Source: an uncultured Porphyromonadaceae bacterium (lineage in GTDB: Bacteria; Bacteroidota; Bacteroidia; Bacteroidales; UBA12481). Taken from it: a stretch of 64,000 nucleotides of DNA. Of the stretch, positions 29,301 through 38,741 are shown one piece after another. The stretch spans positions 2,795 to 66,794 of the forward strand of contig CAZJNQ010000001.1 in NCBI GenBank assembly GCA_964547475.1, given 5' to 3'. Position 1 is the stretch's first letter. Each line of letters opens with the position of its first letter. The position numbers and the translations under genes were made by a program. Under the pieces are notes generated by a model. That model did no database searches. It was not told the DNA's origin and worked only from the letters and a program-made list of their open reading frames with translations.

Positions 29301-30569
29301 ATGAAGAGATATACTACCCGCCTGATTATCATCCTGTCCTCAATTTCCCTCGCCGGGCTCATCATCACCCAGCTTTTCTGGATTAAAAATGCCCTTAAGC
29401 TGGGTGAAGACCAGTTTAACAGCCGGGTCACCATTGCCCTGCAGGGTGCTTTGGACGAATATGTCCAGATGCACAGGGGAGCAACCTGCGATGTGACATG
29501 CGGGTGCCTGGCCGTTCCGGCAAAAGCTGACTCGCTATTCATCAACCTGGTTCCGGCGGAAATGGATTCTCTGTTGCGGATTCACTTCGCCTACCATGGC
29601 TTGGACACCGTTTTTATTTGGCGTGTCGTACGATGTGCAACCGGAGAAGTTCTCTTCGAGAAAAAGGGAGAAGTCAGCCTGCACGGCTATTTCAGCCAGC
29701 ACCGGATCAGCCTTTCCTGCCTGCACATCCAGGAAAGCCATCACATGGAAGTCCGGTTCGATCGGCCCAAACAACTAATCTTATCGGATCTTCTTCTCTG
29801 GTTGAGCGCTTCGGTCCTCTTCCTCCTGATCGTGGTCATTTCTTTCGCCTATATCGTCTTAACCATCCTGAAGCAGAAAAAGATCAGTGAGATGAAGAAT
29901 GATTTTATCAATAACATGACCCATGAATTCAAAACTCCCATATCCAACATCTCGCTGGCTTCAGAGGTTTTAAAACGACCTGATATCAGCAAGGATCCCG
30001 CCAGGCTGAACAAGTATGCCGATATTGTCACCCAGGAAAACATGCGCATGCGAACCCTGGTTGACCGGATCCTCAGGATGGCTGTCCATAACCGCGAGAA
30101 CCTGCACATCGACAGGCAACCGACAGATATGCACGAGTTGATCAGGGACGCAGTGGACAATATTTGCCTTGAAGAATGCATCGACGGATCGATAGTGAAC
30201 CTTGACTTTAAGGCAGAGAATCCCGAGTTGATGGTTGATCCGGTCCACTTTACCAATATCATCCATAACCTGATCGATAACGCCCAGAAATATACATCCG
30301 AAGATCCCAGGATACTGATCTTAACGCGTTCAGTGCAAGGCCATTTTATCATTGAAGTTCATGACAATGGCGTGGGCATCAGCCCGGAAGCGCAGAAGCA
30401 CATTTTTGAAAAATTCTATCGCGTCCCAACCGGGAATCAGCATGACGTCAAAGGGACGGGAATTGGCCTCTACTATGTCAAAACCATGGTCGAAGCCCAT
30501 GGCGGAACGATTACCGTGACGAGTGAAACAGGCAAGGGTTCCCGGTTTATCATAAATTTACCGGCATGA
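29301..30569 (+). CDS. Sensor histidine kinase
   Basis: The ATG at 29301 (MKRYTTRLIIIL, TM helix) is preferred over the TTG at 29244. H-box HEFKTPISNI and the N, G1 (DNGVGI) and G2 (GTGIGL) boxes are present. Confidence 0.88.
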   Translation: MKRYTTRLIIILSSISLAGLIITQLFWIKNALKLGEDQFNSRVTIALQGALDEYVQMHRGATCDVTCGCLAVPAKADSLFINLVPAEMDSLLRIHFAYHGLDTVFIWRVVRCATGEVLFEKKGEVSLHGYFSQHRISLSCLHIQESHHMEVRFDRPKQLILSDLLLWLSASVLFLLIVVISFAYIVLTILKQKKISEMKNDFINNMTHEFKTPISNISLASEVLKRPDISKDPARLNKYADIVTQENMRMRTLVDRILRMAVHNRENLHIDRQPTDMHELIRDAVDNICLEECIDGSIVNLDFKAENPELMVDPVHFTNIIHNLIDNAQKYTSEDPRILILTRSVQGHFIIEVHDNGVGISPEAQKHIFEKFYRVPTGNQHDVKGTGIGLYYVKTMVEAHGGTITVTSETGKGSRFIINLPA

Positions 30570-31267
30570 AAAACCCTAAAGCTGAATTATTGCTGGTCGA
30601 GGATGACCAAAATCTGGGGTTTATGCTCCAGGATTTCCTGGAGCTTGAAGGTTACAGCGTCAGGTGGGAGAAAAACGGTGTGGCTGGTCTGAATGCTTTC
30701 CGGTCGAGGCTTTTTGATCTCTGCATCCTGGATGTTATGCTGCCGCTTAAGGATGGTTTCACCCTGGCAGGGGAGATACATCAGATCAATCCCCACGTTC
30801 CGTTTATCTTCCTCACGGCCCGTGCGTTGGAAATGGACAGGATCAGGGGTCTGAAACTCGGTGCCGACGATTATATGACCAAACCATTCAGCACGGAAGA
30901 GCTGAAACTCCGGATCGGGATCATTCTTCGCCGAAATGGAAAATCACGGGACAATGAAAAAAACGAAGTCTATAGCATCGGCTCCGTCCTGTTCGATTTC
31001 AAAAACCAGCTCCTCAGGTTGCATGGCGAGGAAAAACGGCTGACGAAGAAAGAGGCCTCCTTGCTCAGGATGCTTTGCCAGAACAGCAATGAACTGGTAA
31101 GACGCGAGCAATTGTTGCTGAAAATCTGGGGTTCGGATGATTATTTCATGGGAAGGAGCATGGATGTTTATATTGCCAAGCTCAGAAGCTACCTGAAGGA
31201 TGAGCCGGGTGTGAACATAGTGAATATACACGGTTCCGGCTTTAAACTTGAAATCCATAAACGTTGA
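30566..31267 (+). CDS. OmpR/PhoB-type response regulator
   Basis: 233 aa with receiver motifs LLVEDD, ILDVMLP and K in YMTKPF. Winged-helix C-terminus (VYIAKLRSYL). 4-nt overlap with the kinase. Confidence 0.9.
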   Translation: MKNPKAELLLVEDDQNLGFMLQDFLELEGYSVRWEKNGVAGLNAFRSRLFDLCILDVMLPLKDGFTLAGEIHQINPHVPFIFLTARALEMDRIRGLKLGADDYMTKPFSTEELKLRIGIILRRNGKSRDNEKNEVYSIGSVLFDFKNQLLRLHGEEKRLTKKEASLLRMLCQNSNELVRREQLLLKIWGSDDYFMGRSMDVYIAKLRSYLKDEPGVNIVNIHGSGFKLEIHKR

Positions 31268-31638
31268 GTGAGGGTATCAGGATCGATAAATGGCTCTGGG
31301 CAGTCAGGATCTTCAAATCCAGGAACCAGGCAACTGATTTTTGCAAACGGGGGCGCATCCTGATCAGTGGCGAACCGGTCAAGGCCAGCCGGTCAATCCG
31401 GATCGGTGATGTGATTGAAGTCAGGCGCCCTCCGCTGACACTGACTTACCAGGTTACCGGATTGATTGAAAAACGGGTTTCCGCAACCATCGCGGCAGAA
31501 AATGTCCTGAACCTGACGCCTGCGCAAGAGATCGAAAAACATCGCCAGAAACTGGAAAGCGCGTTCTATTCCCGCGACAGAGGGATGGGAAGGCCTACAA
31601 AGAAGGAACGCCGGGACCTGGACAAGATCGGTTTTTAA
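31264..31638 (+). CDS. RNA-binding S4 domain protein (Hsp15-like)
   Basis: 124 aa beginning RIDKWLWAVRIFKSRNQA...G.V.V.G..VK.S, typical of Hsp15/S4. TTG start overlaps the regulator stop. Confidence 0.75.
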   Translation: MSEGIRIDKWLWAVRIFKSRNQATDFCKRGRILISGEPVKASRSIRIGDVIEVRRPPLTLTYQVTGLIEKRVSATIAAENVLNLTPAQEIEKHRQKLESAFYSRDRGMGRPTKKERRDLDKIGF

Positions 31639-31648
31639 AAATCATTCC

Positions 31649-32194
31649 ATGATCATCGCCAGACAGAAACGAAACGAAAACATCGCCGAGTATATTCTAT
31701 ACATGTGGCAGCTGGAAGACCTTATCCGTGCCAATGATTTCGATTTAGCCAGGATCAACCGGGAGATCGTGAGCCGGTTTGAGGCAGGTGGAGCAGAAAA
31801 AAAGAAAATCTTCGACTGGTATGAAGAACTCGTGGAAGCGATGAAAACGGAAAAGATCACGGTGCAGGGGCACCTGCAATTGCTGGTGAGCCTGGTGGCT
31901 GACCTGGATGACTTTCACTTCCGGCTGATTGAAAGCCCTCAGCACTCCGATTATCAGGAATTGTATGGGGATTCGGTTCACAACATCAGTGATTTCCGCC
32001 TGAAAATGAATAACCGTGACAAAATTTCCGATATGGAGGTATGCCTGACTGTCCTCTACGGGTACATGCTGATGAAGATGAAAAAGAGGACTATATCGGA
32101 TGACACACTTGAAGCCATTGAAACGATCCGGCGGATGATGGCCCTGTTAGCGGCAAAATACAAGGCCTTCGAGGAAGGCAGCCTGGAATTGTAA
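31649..32194 (+). CDS. DUF4924-like protein
   Basis: 181 aa. The N-terminus NIAEYILYMWQLEDLIRA is what I recall for the Bacteroidota DUF4924 family. Function unknown. Confidence 0.55.
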   Translation: MIIARQKRNENIAEYILYMWQLEDLIRANDFDLARINREIVSRFEAGGAEKKKIFDWYEELVEAMKTEKITVQGHLQLLVSLVADLDDFHFRLIESPQHSDYQELYGDSVHNISDFRLKMNNRDKISDMEVCLTVLYGYMLMKMKKRTISDDTLEAIETIRRMMALLAAKYKAFEEGSLEL

Positions 32195-32196
32195 AA

Positions 32197-32934
32197 TCAG
32201 AAGAGGAATCCCTGGCCGCTGTTGGTCCCCGGCAATTCAGGATACTCAACCGGTTCCTGCACCTTCGGACTGTTCCTGGCCGGATCCCTTGATGTGATCA
32301 GCCTCGAAACCGGCCAGGCTTTCATCTGTTCATCCGGGAAAGGCTTGAGCAGGTCAAAAGCGGCGGATTCCCGCGTGAGCCATATTCCCTCCCCTTCCTT
32401 CTGCAAGAGTACAGGCATCCTTTTTTTCCGGTTATGTATTATTTCCATCAGGGGATTGGCCACGGTTGTAAGGACAGTGAAAGTCGGGATCAGTTCTCCG
32501 GTCGAAGGATCTGTCCATTCCTCACAAAGACCCGCCAAGGCAAACAGTTCGTCTTCGGCGATCTTGATAAAATAGGGGTATTTTTTGCCCTGATATTCCC
32601 GGAATTCAAAAAAACCGTCTGCCGGGACCAGGCAATGCCCCGTACGGGCAGCTTTCCTGAAGGCCGGCTTCTCCTGTATGGTTTCAGACCTTGCGTTTAC
32701 GGTATTGATCCGGATTTTCAATGCACTATCCAGGTCCTTGATCCAGGATGGGATCAAACCCCATCTCATCAACCTGATTTCCCGCGGATTTCCTGAAGTT
32801 ACGACCGGCCACCGAGGATACTCAAAGGCACTCTGAACATAACGGGATCCGAACAGTTCCTCTTCAATAAAGCTGGCATCAAACCGTTTCATCAGGTGTG
32901 CCTTGTCAGCCCTCAACGATAGGAATACGCACAT
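32197..32934 (-). CDS. SOS response-associated peptidase (SRAP/YedK family)
   Basis: I set the start at the ATG-TGC (Met-Cys) at 32934, because SRAP chemistry requires Cys2. WGLIPSW, NARSE and F.FREY-type motifs are present. Confidence 0.8.
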   Translation of the reverse strand: MCVFLSLRADKAHLMKRFDASFIEEELFGSRYVQSAFEYPRWPVVTSGNPREIRLMRWGLIPSWIKDLDSALKIRINTVNARSETIQEKPAFRKAARTGHCLVPADGFFEFREYQGKKYPYFIKIAEDELFALAGLCEEWTDPSTGELIPTFTVLTTVANPLMEIIHNRKKRMPVLLQKEGEGIWLTRESAAFDLLKPFPDEQMKAWPVSRLITSRDPARNSPKVQEPVEYPELPGTNSGQGFLF

Positions 32935-32942
32935 CGAACAGG

Positions 32943-35786
32943 TTATTTTTGGGTATAAGGCCAATAATAAAGCTCGCTCTTTTGCTTGTCAACCGCTTTG
33001 ACACCCAATGTCATCCATTCGGGTGCGGGGCTGCCTTTGAGGTAATGATCGAAGAATTGCATCATCCTGACACTCCAGTCCTTCTTGTCAGCGAGCCTTG
33101 AGAGATTATGGGGAGCATTATTGTAATTGACAAGCCAGGCAGGTTTGCCCAACCTTCTGAGCGCCGTGAACAACTGGACCCCTTCGGAAAAGGGAACGGC
33201 GCCATCAGCGTCATCATGACGAATCAGGCACGGGGTATGGATCCTGTCTGCAAAGAAAAGGGGGCTGTTCTCAATGTAATACTCCGGTTTTTCCCACAAG
33301 GTTCCGCCAATCCGGCTCTGTGATTTTTCATATTGAAACTGCCTGACCATGCCGCTTTCGGCCCGAATCCCGCCATAGGCGGAAGTCATGTTGCTTACCG
33401 GTGCGCCCGGTGAAGCGGCAGCAAAGATATCGGTCTGGGTGATCATATAGGCTGTTCCGTATCCACCCCAGCTCTGGCCCTGTATGCCGAGGTGGTCCAT
33501 GTCGACATATTTCCTCTCCGACAGGAACAGGATGCCACTCATAATCGCGTTGTAGAAAGATTTACCCGGCAACCCCTTGAAGAAATGAATGTCAGGCATA
33601 AAAACCAGGTATCCGTTAGAGGCATATTCCACAGGATTCACGGTACTGGCACTGGCCCTTGGAGAATAATGCGTGTGCAGGCCATCGGAATGCCGTTCAT
33701 AGAAATAAACGATCATGGGATATTTCCTGGTGACATCGAGGTTCTCCGGCTTGTAGAGAATCCCCTGATGAACTTCGCCATACAGATCCTTCCATTCGAC
33801 CAATTCGGCATCAGCCCAAATGAAATCATCCTGCTGTGGATTGGCCAGGCTGACTTTCCTTGCATTCCCGAAACTGCCGGAACCCTGCCAAAGATCCGGG
33901 TACTCCCTGACACTGCTCCGCGTCCAGATCAGCTTGTCGGCGTTCCTGGCTTTGGCAAGCCCCGAGAAACGGACGTCTTGCAGTATCAATTGCTTCATGT
34001 CAGGTTTATCCAGGGAAAATCTGTAATATCCTGATTTCTTGTTCCCCGTGTGGAATGCGGAAAAGAGGTTCTCTTTTTCCGTATCGATGAATCTTTCATC
34101 CGGATCCGTTGACTGATACCTGATTCTGAGACCGTTATCTCTGCCATAACCTTTTGTGGCACAGACGGGTTCATTTTTCCCTTCGGGATCAAACATCCAG
34201 ATATCAAACCTGTCATAGAGAAAAAGAGAGCGATCCTTGTCAGACCATCCGAGTTGTCCATAGCTGCCGGGCTCATCCGGAGTGTCATGCTCCTCGTTGA
34301 CGAAGGCAACATCCAGACCGCCGGTGAGGTTGCGGGTAGTTCCATCCTTGATCGTGTAACAGTACCATGAACTGTCTGCCGGCTCCCACCAATAGAGGTA
34401 ATGCCCGAAAGGTGACAGCAACGGATTGACGCTGGTCTTTGTAAATATCAATTGATCCTTTCCTGTCGTCAGGTCGGTTAAATAAACATCCTTATAGCTT
34501 TCTGATGCAACTGAATTATTCCAGCGATAAGGTTTGTCATAAAATCCAAGTGCCAGGTCACCATCTCCCTGCCGGGCCAGCCTGTAGTTTTCGATAAAAT
34601 CAGGATGGGCCAGTTGGATGATCTGCTTTTTTGAAATATCATACACAGCCTGATAGGTCTTTTTCTTTTCCCGGTCAACCTGCTTGAGCTGCACCGATTG
34701 CAGTACGTTTTCATTCCAGTGCCATATATCGACCATCACCTTGTCATCTGCCAATAGCGTGTCCTTACCCTCCGGTTTAACATCGGGTTTGGCAGCGGTT
34801 CCAAAAAAAAGGCGGTGCCCATCGGGTGAAAAGGTGATCCTGCCATGCTCGCTGACGCTCCACCCATCCGGTATTCCCTCGGTATTCTCCCTTGCAATGC
34901 AAACGGGCTCTTCTGACTTATCATTCCAGTAGTAAAGATCAAAAACCTTAACCTTGGCAGTGTCCCGGGAGTACAGGAAAGCCAGCTGCCTGCCCGCTTC
35001 ATCGCTTTCCATCCCCTTGACGACCCCTTTGACATTCCAGATTTCAGACGCTGAACCGGTCGAGGTATTAAAAACCCTGACCACGCTGGTGACCGTGGAA
35101 TCTTCCGTGATGCTGGCCATGAATAAAAGTGATCCTTTCTTCGAAAAACCATACTCGGTGACTTTCTGAAATTGCTGGGAATCCCCGGTGACCGGATTGA
35201 TCACATAGAGTGGGAATCCTTCGAATTCAGGTTTTTTTGGAGATTTTCCTTCTTTCCTTCCGGCTGATTCCGTGGAATCTTTCTTTTCGGGCTTGACATC
35301 GCTTTTTTGCTCTTCCAGCTGGAAAGCCACCCATGAAGAGGTCTCCTGGGCCACTTTGAAACTCTTGAGAAGCGGATAGGTGACCCAGGCACCTTCCTTC
35401 AGGGTAAAGATGCCGAGGGTATCCTTGGGCATCTTTTCAGATTTAACTTTGAGGATCTTGGCTTTTCTTACTGTATCCGCCTGGGGCACAATACGAAAAG
35501 CGATAAAATCCGAATTGGGGCCAAAGAGAGCCTGCGAGCCCCTGCAAAAAGTTTTGGCTACACCGGAATCCGACCATCCCTGAAGAAAGAGGTTGCCGTC
35601 ACCGGTCGTCGGATTGACCTGCCACATCACCCATTCCCCGTCATCGGAAATTTTTTGTGCCGAGAGGGTATTCCAGGCATCGTATTGCCTGAAATCGAGC
35701 GGTCTTTTTTGATCCTGCGGTTTCCCGGGTATGCCCAGGGCCATGAACAGGACCAGCGGCAAGAGGTATCTTTTCATTGATTGCAT
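32943..35786 (-). CDS. S9 family serine peptidase (prolyl oligopeptidase/DPP-type)
   Basis: 947 aa with a signal peptide and a long beta-propeller-like N-terminal region. C-terminal alpha/beta hydrolase with the nucleophile elbow GQSWGGYG, later D and H. Confidence 0.85.
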   Translation of the reverse strand: MQSMKRYLLPLVLFMALGIPGKPQDQKRPLDFRQYDAWNTLSAQKISDDGEWVMWQVNPTTGDGNLFLQGWSDSGVAKTFCRGSQALFGPNSDFIAFRIVPQADTVRKAKILKVKSEKMPKDTLGIFTLKEGAWVTYPLLKSFKVAQETSSWVAFQLEEQKSDVKPEKKDSTESAGRKEGKSPKKPEFEGFPLYVINPVTGDSQQFQKVTEYGFSKKGSLLFMASITEDSTVTSVVRVFNTSTGSASEIWNVKGVVKGMESDEAGRQLAFLYSRDTAKVKVFDLYYWNDKSEEPVCIARENTEGIPDGWSVSEHGRITFSPDGHRLFFGTAAKPDVKPEGKDTLLADDKVMVDIWHWNENVLQSVQLKQVDREKKKTYQAVYDISKKQIIQLAHPDFIENYRLARQGDGDLALGFYDKPYRWNNSVASESYKDVYLTDLTTGKDQLIFTKTSVNPLLSPFGHYLYWWEPADSSWYCYTIKDGTTRNLTGGLDVAFVNEEHDTPDEPGSYGQLGWSDKDRSLFLYDRFDIWMFDPEGKNEPVCATKGYGRDNGLRIRYQSTDPDERFIDTEKENLFSAFHTGNKKSGYYRFSLDKPDMKQLILQDVRFSGLAKARNADKLIWTRSSVREYPDLWQGSGSFGNARKVSLANPQQDDFIWADAELVEWKDLYGEVHQGILYKPENLDVTRKYPMIVYFYERHSDGLHTHYSPRASASTVNPVEYASNGYLVFMPDIHFFKGLPGKSFYNAIMSGILFLSERKYVDMDHLGIQGQSWGGYGTAYMITQTDIFAAASPGAPVSNMTSAYGGIRAESGMVRQFQYEKSQSRIGGTLWEKPEYYIENSPLFFADRIHTPCLIRHDDADGAVPFSEGVQLFTALRRLGKPAWLVNYNNAPHNLSRLADKKDWSVRMMQFFDHYLKGSPAPEWMTLGVKAVDKQKSELYYWPYTQK

Positions 35787-35800
35787 CTGGTTATTTGCTG

Positions 35801-37219
35801 TTACTGATTCTTAACCAACAACTTAGGTTCCATCATATCGAGCATGGCGTATCGTACGCCTTCCCTTCCGAATCCCGATTCCTTCACACCGCCATAAGGC
35901 ATGTGGTCAACTCTGAAAGTGGGCACATCGTTGATCACGACCCCGCCAACCCTGATCTCGCGGAAAGCCTGGTTCATTTCCTCAATTTCGTTGGTATACA
36001 CACCGGCCTGCAGGCCAAAAACCGAATCATTGATCTGTCGGACACCATCAGCGAAAGTCTCGACAGGCTCGATCAGGACCACCGGGGCAAAGGCCTCCTG
36101 GCAGGAAACCTTCATGTCATTTCTGGTGTTCGTGAGGACGGTGGGCTCGAACCAGCTCCCTTCCCGGTGGCCTCCTGCCAGGATCTCGGCTCCGCCCTGC
36201 CTGGCTTCTTCCACCCAGGTTTCAATCCTGGCTGCGTTTTCTTCATCGATCATGACCGAAATATCGGTATGCGGTTCCAGAGGATTCCCTCTCTTAAGCT
36301 GGAGCGTGCGCCCGACAAACCGGGTTATGAAATCCGGATAATGTTCCTTAAGAACAAAGATGCGCTGCACATGGATGCATACCTGCCCTGAATAGGCGAA
36401 ACCGCCGGCCACGCATTTATTCACAGCCAGGTTCAGGTCGGCCGACCGGCTCACCAGTACACCTGCATTCCCGCCCAGTTCGAGTGTGACTTTTTTCCGT
36501 CCGGCCAATGCTTTCAATTTCCAGCCCACTTCCGGTGATCCGGTGAAGGTGATCATGTCAACTCCGGGATCCGTCACCAGCCCGGTTCCTGTTGACCGGT
36601 CCATCGGGAGGATGGAAACCGCCCCTTTAGGCAATGAGGTGGCATCAATTATTTTTGCCAGTTCCAGAACGGAAACAGGAGTCTGGGAGGCTGGTTTTAG
36701 AATGACGGCATTGCCTGAGGCAATGGCCGGTGCCAGCTTGTGAACAGCCAGGTTCAGCGGAAAATTGAAAGGGGAAATGGCACCGACGACCCCCACGGGA
36801 AAATACCAGACCCAGCCCTCCTTCCCCTCCCCTGCCACAGTCCAGTCAAGGCTCAGATACTCACCCGGGATTCTCCGGGTTTCCTCCGCGGCAATCCTGA
36901 ACACCTGTATGGCCCTGTCGACTTCAGCCATTGAAAACCGGTAAGGCTTGCCCGCTTCCTCGCAGATGATCCGTGTAAACTTCTCCCTCTTGTCCAGAAT
37001 ACCGTCCGCTATCTCATCCAGAATACGACTTCTTTGGTGGGAAGGAATCCTGGCTATTCCGTCCACCGCCTTTCGGGCTGCCATAATGGCCTGGTGTAAT
37101 ATATCCTGGTCCGCACTTGTGGTTACAGCGAATAGTCCCGAATCAAAGGGTCTCCTGATATCCAGCTGTTTCGGGCCGTCGATAAATTCCCCGGCGGCAT
37201 AAATTTTGTATTTCTCCAT
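35801..37219 (-). CDS. NAD(P)-dependent aldehyde dehydrogenase
   Basis: 472 aa with ELGGNA and catalytic Cys region (GQVCIHVQR) motifs and GFG.EG near the C-terminus. Substrate not assignable. Confidence 0.88.
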   Translation of the reverse strand: MEKYKIYAAGEFIDGPKQLDIRRPFDSGLFAVTTSADQDILHQAIMAARKAVDGIARIPSHQRSRILDEIADGILDKREKFTRIICEEAGKPYRFSMAEVDRAIQVFRIAAEETRRIPGEYLSLDWTVAGEGKEGWVWYFPVGVVGAISPFNFPLNLAVHKLAPAIASGNAVILKPASQTPVSVLELAKIIDATSLPKGAVSILPMDRSTGTGLVTDPGVDMITFTGSPEVGWKLKALAGRKKVTLELGGNAGVLVSRSADLNLAVNKCVAGGFAYSGQVCIHVQRIFVLKEHYPDFITRFVGRTLQLKRGNPLEPHTDISVMIDEENAARIETWVEEARQGGAEILAGGHREGSWFEPTVLTNTRNDMKVSCQEAFAPVVLIEPVETFADGVRQINDSVFGLQAGVYTNEIEEMNQAFREIRVGGVVINDVPTFRVDHMPYGGVKESGFGREGVRYAMLDMMEPKLLVKNQ

Positions 37220-37253
37220 GGGTAAAACAGTGGAAAGCTAAAAGTAAATAAAG

Positions 37254-37261
37254 TATATTTG
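37254..37261 (+). promoter_or_regulatory. Candidate -7 box TATATTTG only 5 nt before the start codon at 37267
   Basis: Exact TAnnTTTG match. The G of the box is at 37261 and the ATG at 37267. Confidence 0.4.
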
Positions 37262-37266
37262 AAAAA

Positions 37267-37953
37267 ATGCGTCTGACAACATTTGTATGGATTTGCCTGC
37301 TTTCCGCGGCATCCGGGTTTGCGCAGCAGGACACCCTGAAATGGATCAGGTACACCCCTGAATACCGGTTTCTTCCCGGAATATACCTGAATTTTGACCA
37401 GGTCAGGAAAAACGATCCGATACCGGCCATCAGGATCGTATCCAACAATGATCCGTTCGACTTCAACTTCTACAAGGATCTGGTCAAAAACAAGACCATC
37501 AGCTATTTCGATGCTTACGGAACCAGCCAGGAAGTTGCCACGGACAACATCTGGGGGTACTGCCAGGACGGAAAAATCTTTATCCAGTATAATGACCAGT
37601 TCAACCGCATGCCCATTATCGGGCATACCTGCCATTTCATATCGGATGTAACTGTTTATGATACCCGTTACGATCCCTATTACAATAACTATTACTATTA
37701 TGGTTATTACGACCGCTATTATATCCCCTACCAGCGTACCACGAAATCCAGCGAAACGCGTCAGTACCTGCTGGATTTTGAAACCGGTGAAGTCAGGCCT
37801 TTCGAGCGGGAAACGGTGAAGGCCATCCTGATGGAAGATCCTGAACTGTACGATGAATTCATGACCCTCCGGAAAAGAAAACAGAATGAATTGTTATTCT
37901 TCTTTCTTCGGCGCATGAATGAGAAAAATCCGGTAATGCTGCCGGTTCGATAA
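37267..37953 (+). CDS. Hypothetical secreted protein with a tyrosine-rich segment
   Basis: 228 aa with signal peptide MRLTTFVWICLLSAASGFAQQ. Residues 131-155 (YDTRYDPYYNNYYYYGYYDRYYIPY) contain 13 Tyr in 25 residues. Confidence 0.6.
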   Translation: MRLTTFVWICLLSAASGFAQQDTLKWIRYTPEYRFLPGIYLNFDQVRKNDPIPAIRIVSNNDPFDFNFYKDLVKNKTISYFDAYGTSQEVATDNIWGYCQDGKIFIQYNDQFNRMPIIGHTCHFISDVTVYDTRYDPYYNNYYYYGYYDRYYIPYQRTTKSSETRQYLLDFETGEVRPFERETVKAILMEDPELYDEFMTLRKRKQNELLFFFLRRMNEKNPVMLPVR

Positions 37954-38090
37954 GTTAATCAACTCATTTACAAATTAATAATCTCTCTTTTTTGTGTAAT
38001 TAGCAGAAAATCTGCATCTTTGCGCCAGATTACTTAAACGGAACAAAACAAAACGGATTTTTTTGCGTTAAGGAATCAAGGAGACAAGAG

Positions 38091-38669
38091 ATGAGTTTGC
38101 GTCGTTATATTATCCTTTTTCTGTCGCTGGTAATACCCGGACTGCTGCCAGCTCCCGGCCTTCCACCTGGCGGAGACTCATTCACAATGCTGAAAGCCAT
38201 GCGGGAGGAGATAGTCAGCAAGGACAAGATCCAGTTCCACATGAAATATTCGCGTTTTAAAAAATCACTGGCCAGGCTTGAATCGCGGAATGACTGGACA
38301 CAGCATAACCGTTACGGCTATATCGGAAAATACCAGTTTGGCAAGAGTGCTCTTGAGGCGACGGGGTATGGACATATCACTGCAGGCAGTTTCCGTGCCG
38401 ATCCGGGTGTCTTTCCCGAAGCCGAACAGGAAAAAGCCATGGATATCCTCCTGAGGCTTAACGAGTCTGTCATGAAAGACTGCTTCAACCGGTATGTTGG
38501 TTACACGATCTGTGATTCCATCCGGATCACCCGGGCAGGTATCCTGGCTGCCTCCCATCTGGCGGGGACGGCCAATGTAAGGGAGTTTCTGGAATCCTTC
38601 GGTGATAAAGACGCTAAAGACGGGATGGGGACAAGGATTTCCGATTACTTCTCGCAGTTTTCCCGCTAA
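38091..38669 (+). CDS. Hypothetical secreted protein
   Basis: 192 aa with an N-terminal hydrophobic signal. The GYIGKYQFGKSALEATGY segment is weakly reminiscent of muramidase-like domains, but I cannot confirm this. Confidence 0.5.
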   Translation: MSLRRYIILFLSLVIPGLLPAPGLPPGGDSFTMLKAMREEIVSKDKIQFHMKYSRFKKSLARLESRNDWTQHNRYGYIGKYQFGKSALEATGYGHITAGSFRADPGVFPEAEQEKAMDILLRLNESVMKDCFNRYVGYTICDSIRITRAGILAASHLAGTANVREFLESFGDKDAKDGMGTRISDYFSQFSR

Positions 38670-38684
38670 TTCCGCTCACAAACC

Positions 38685-38721
38685 ACCCGGCTTCCCTGTG
38701 TCGGGTTTTTATTTTATTTTT
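38685..38721 (+). terminator. Intrinsic terminator after the 38091-38669 gene
   Basis: ACCCGGC / 8-nt loop / GTCGGGT gives 7 bp including one G-U. It is followed by TTTTTATTTTATTTTT. Confidence 0.6.
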
Positions 38722-38741
38722 ACGGTCAACCGGCGACCGTT

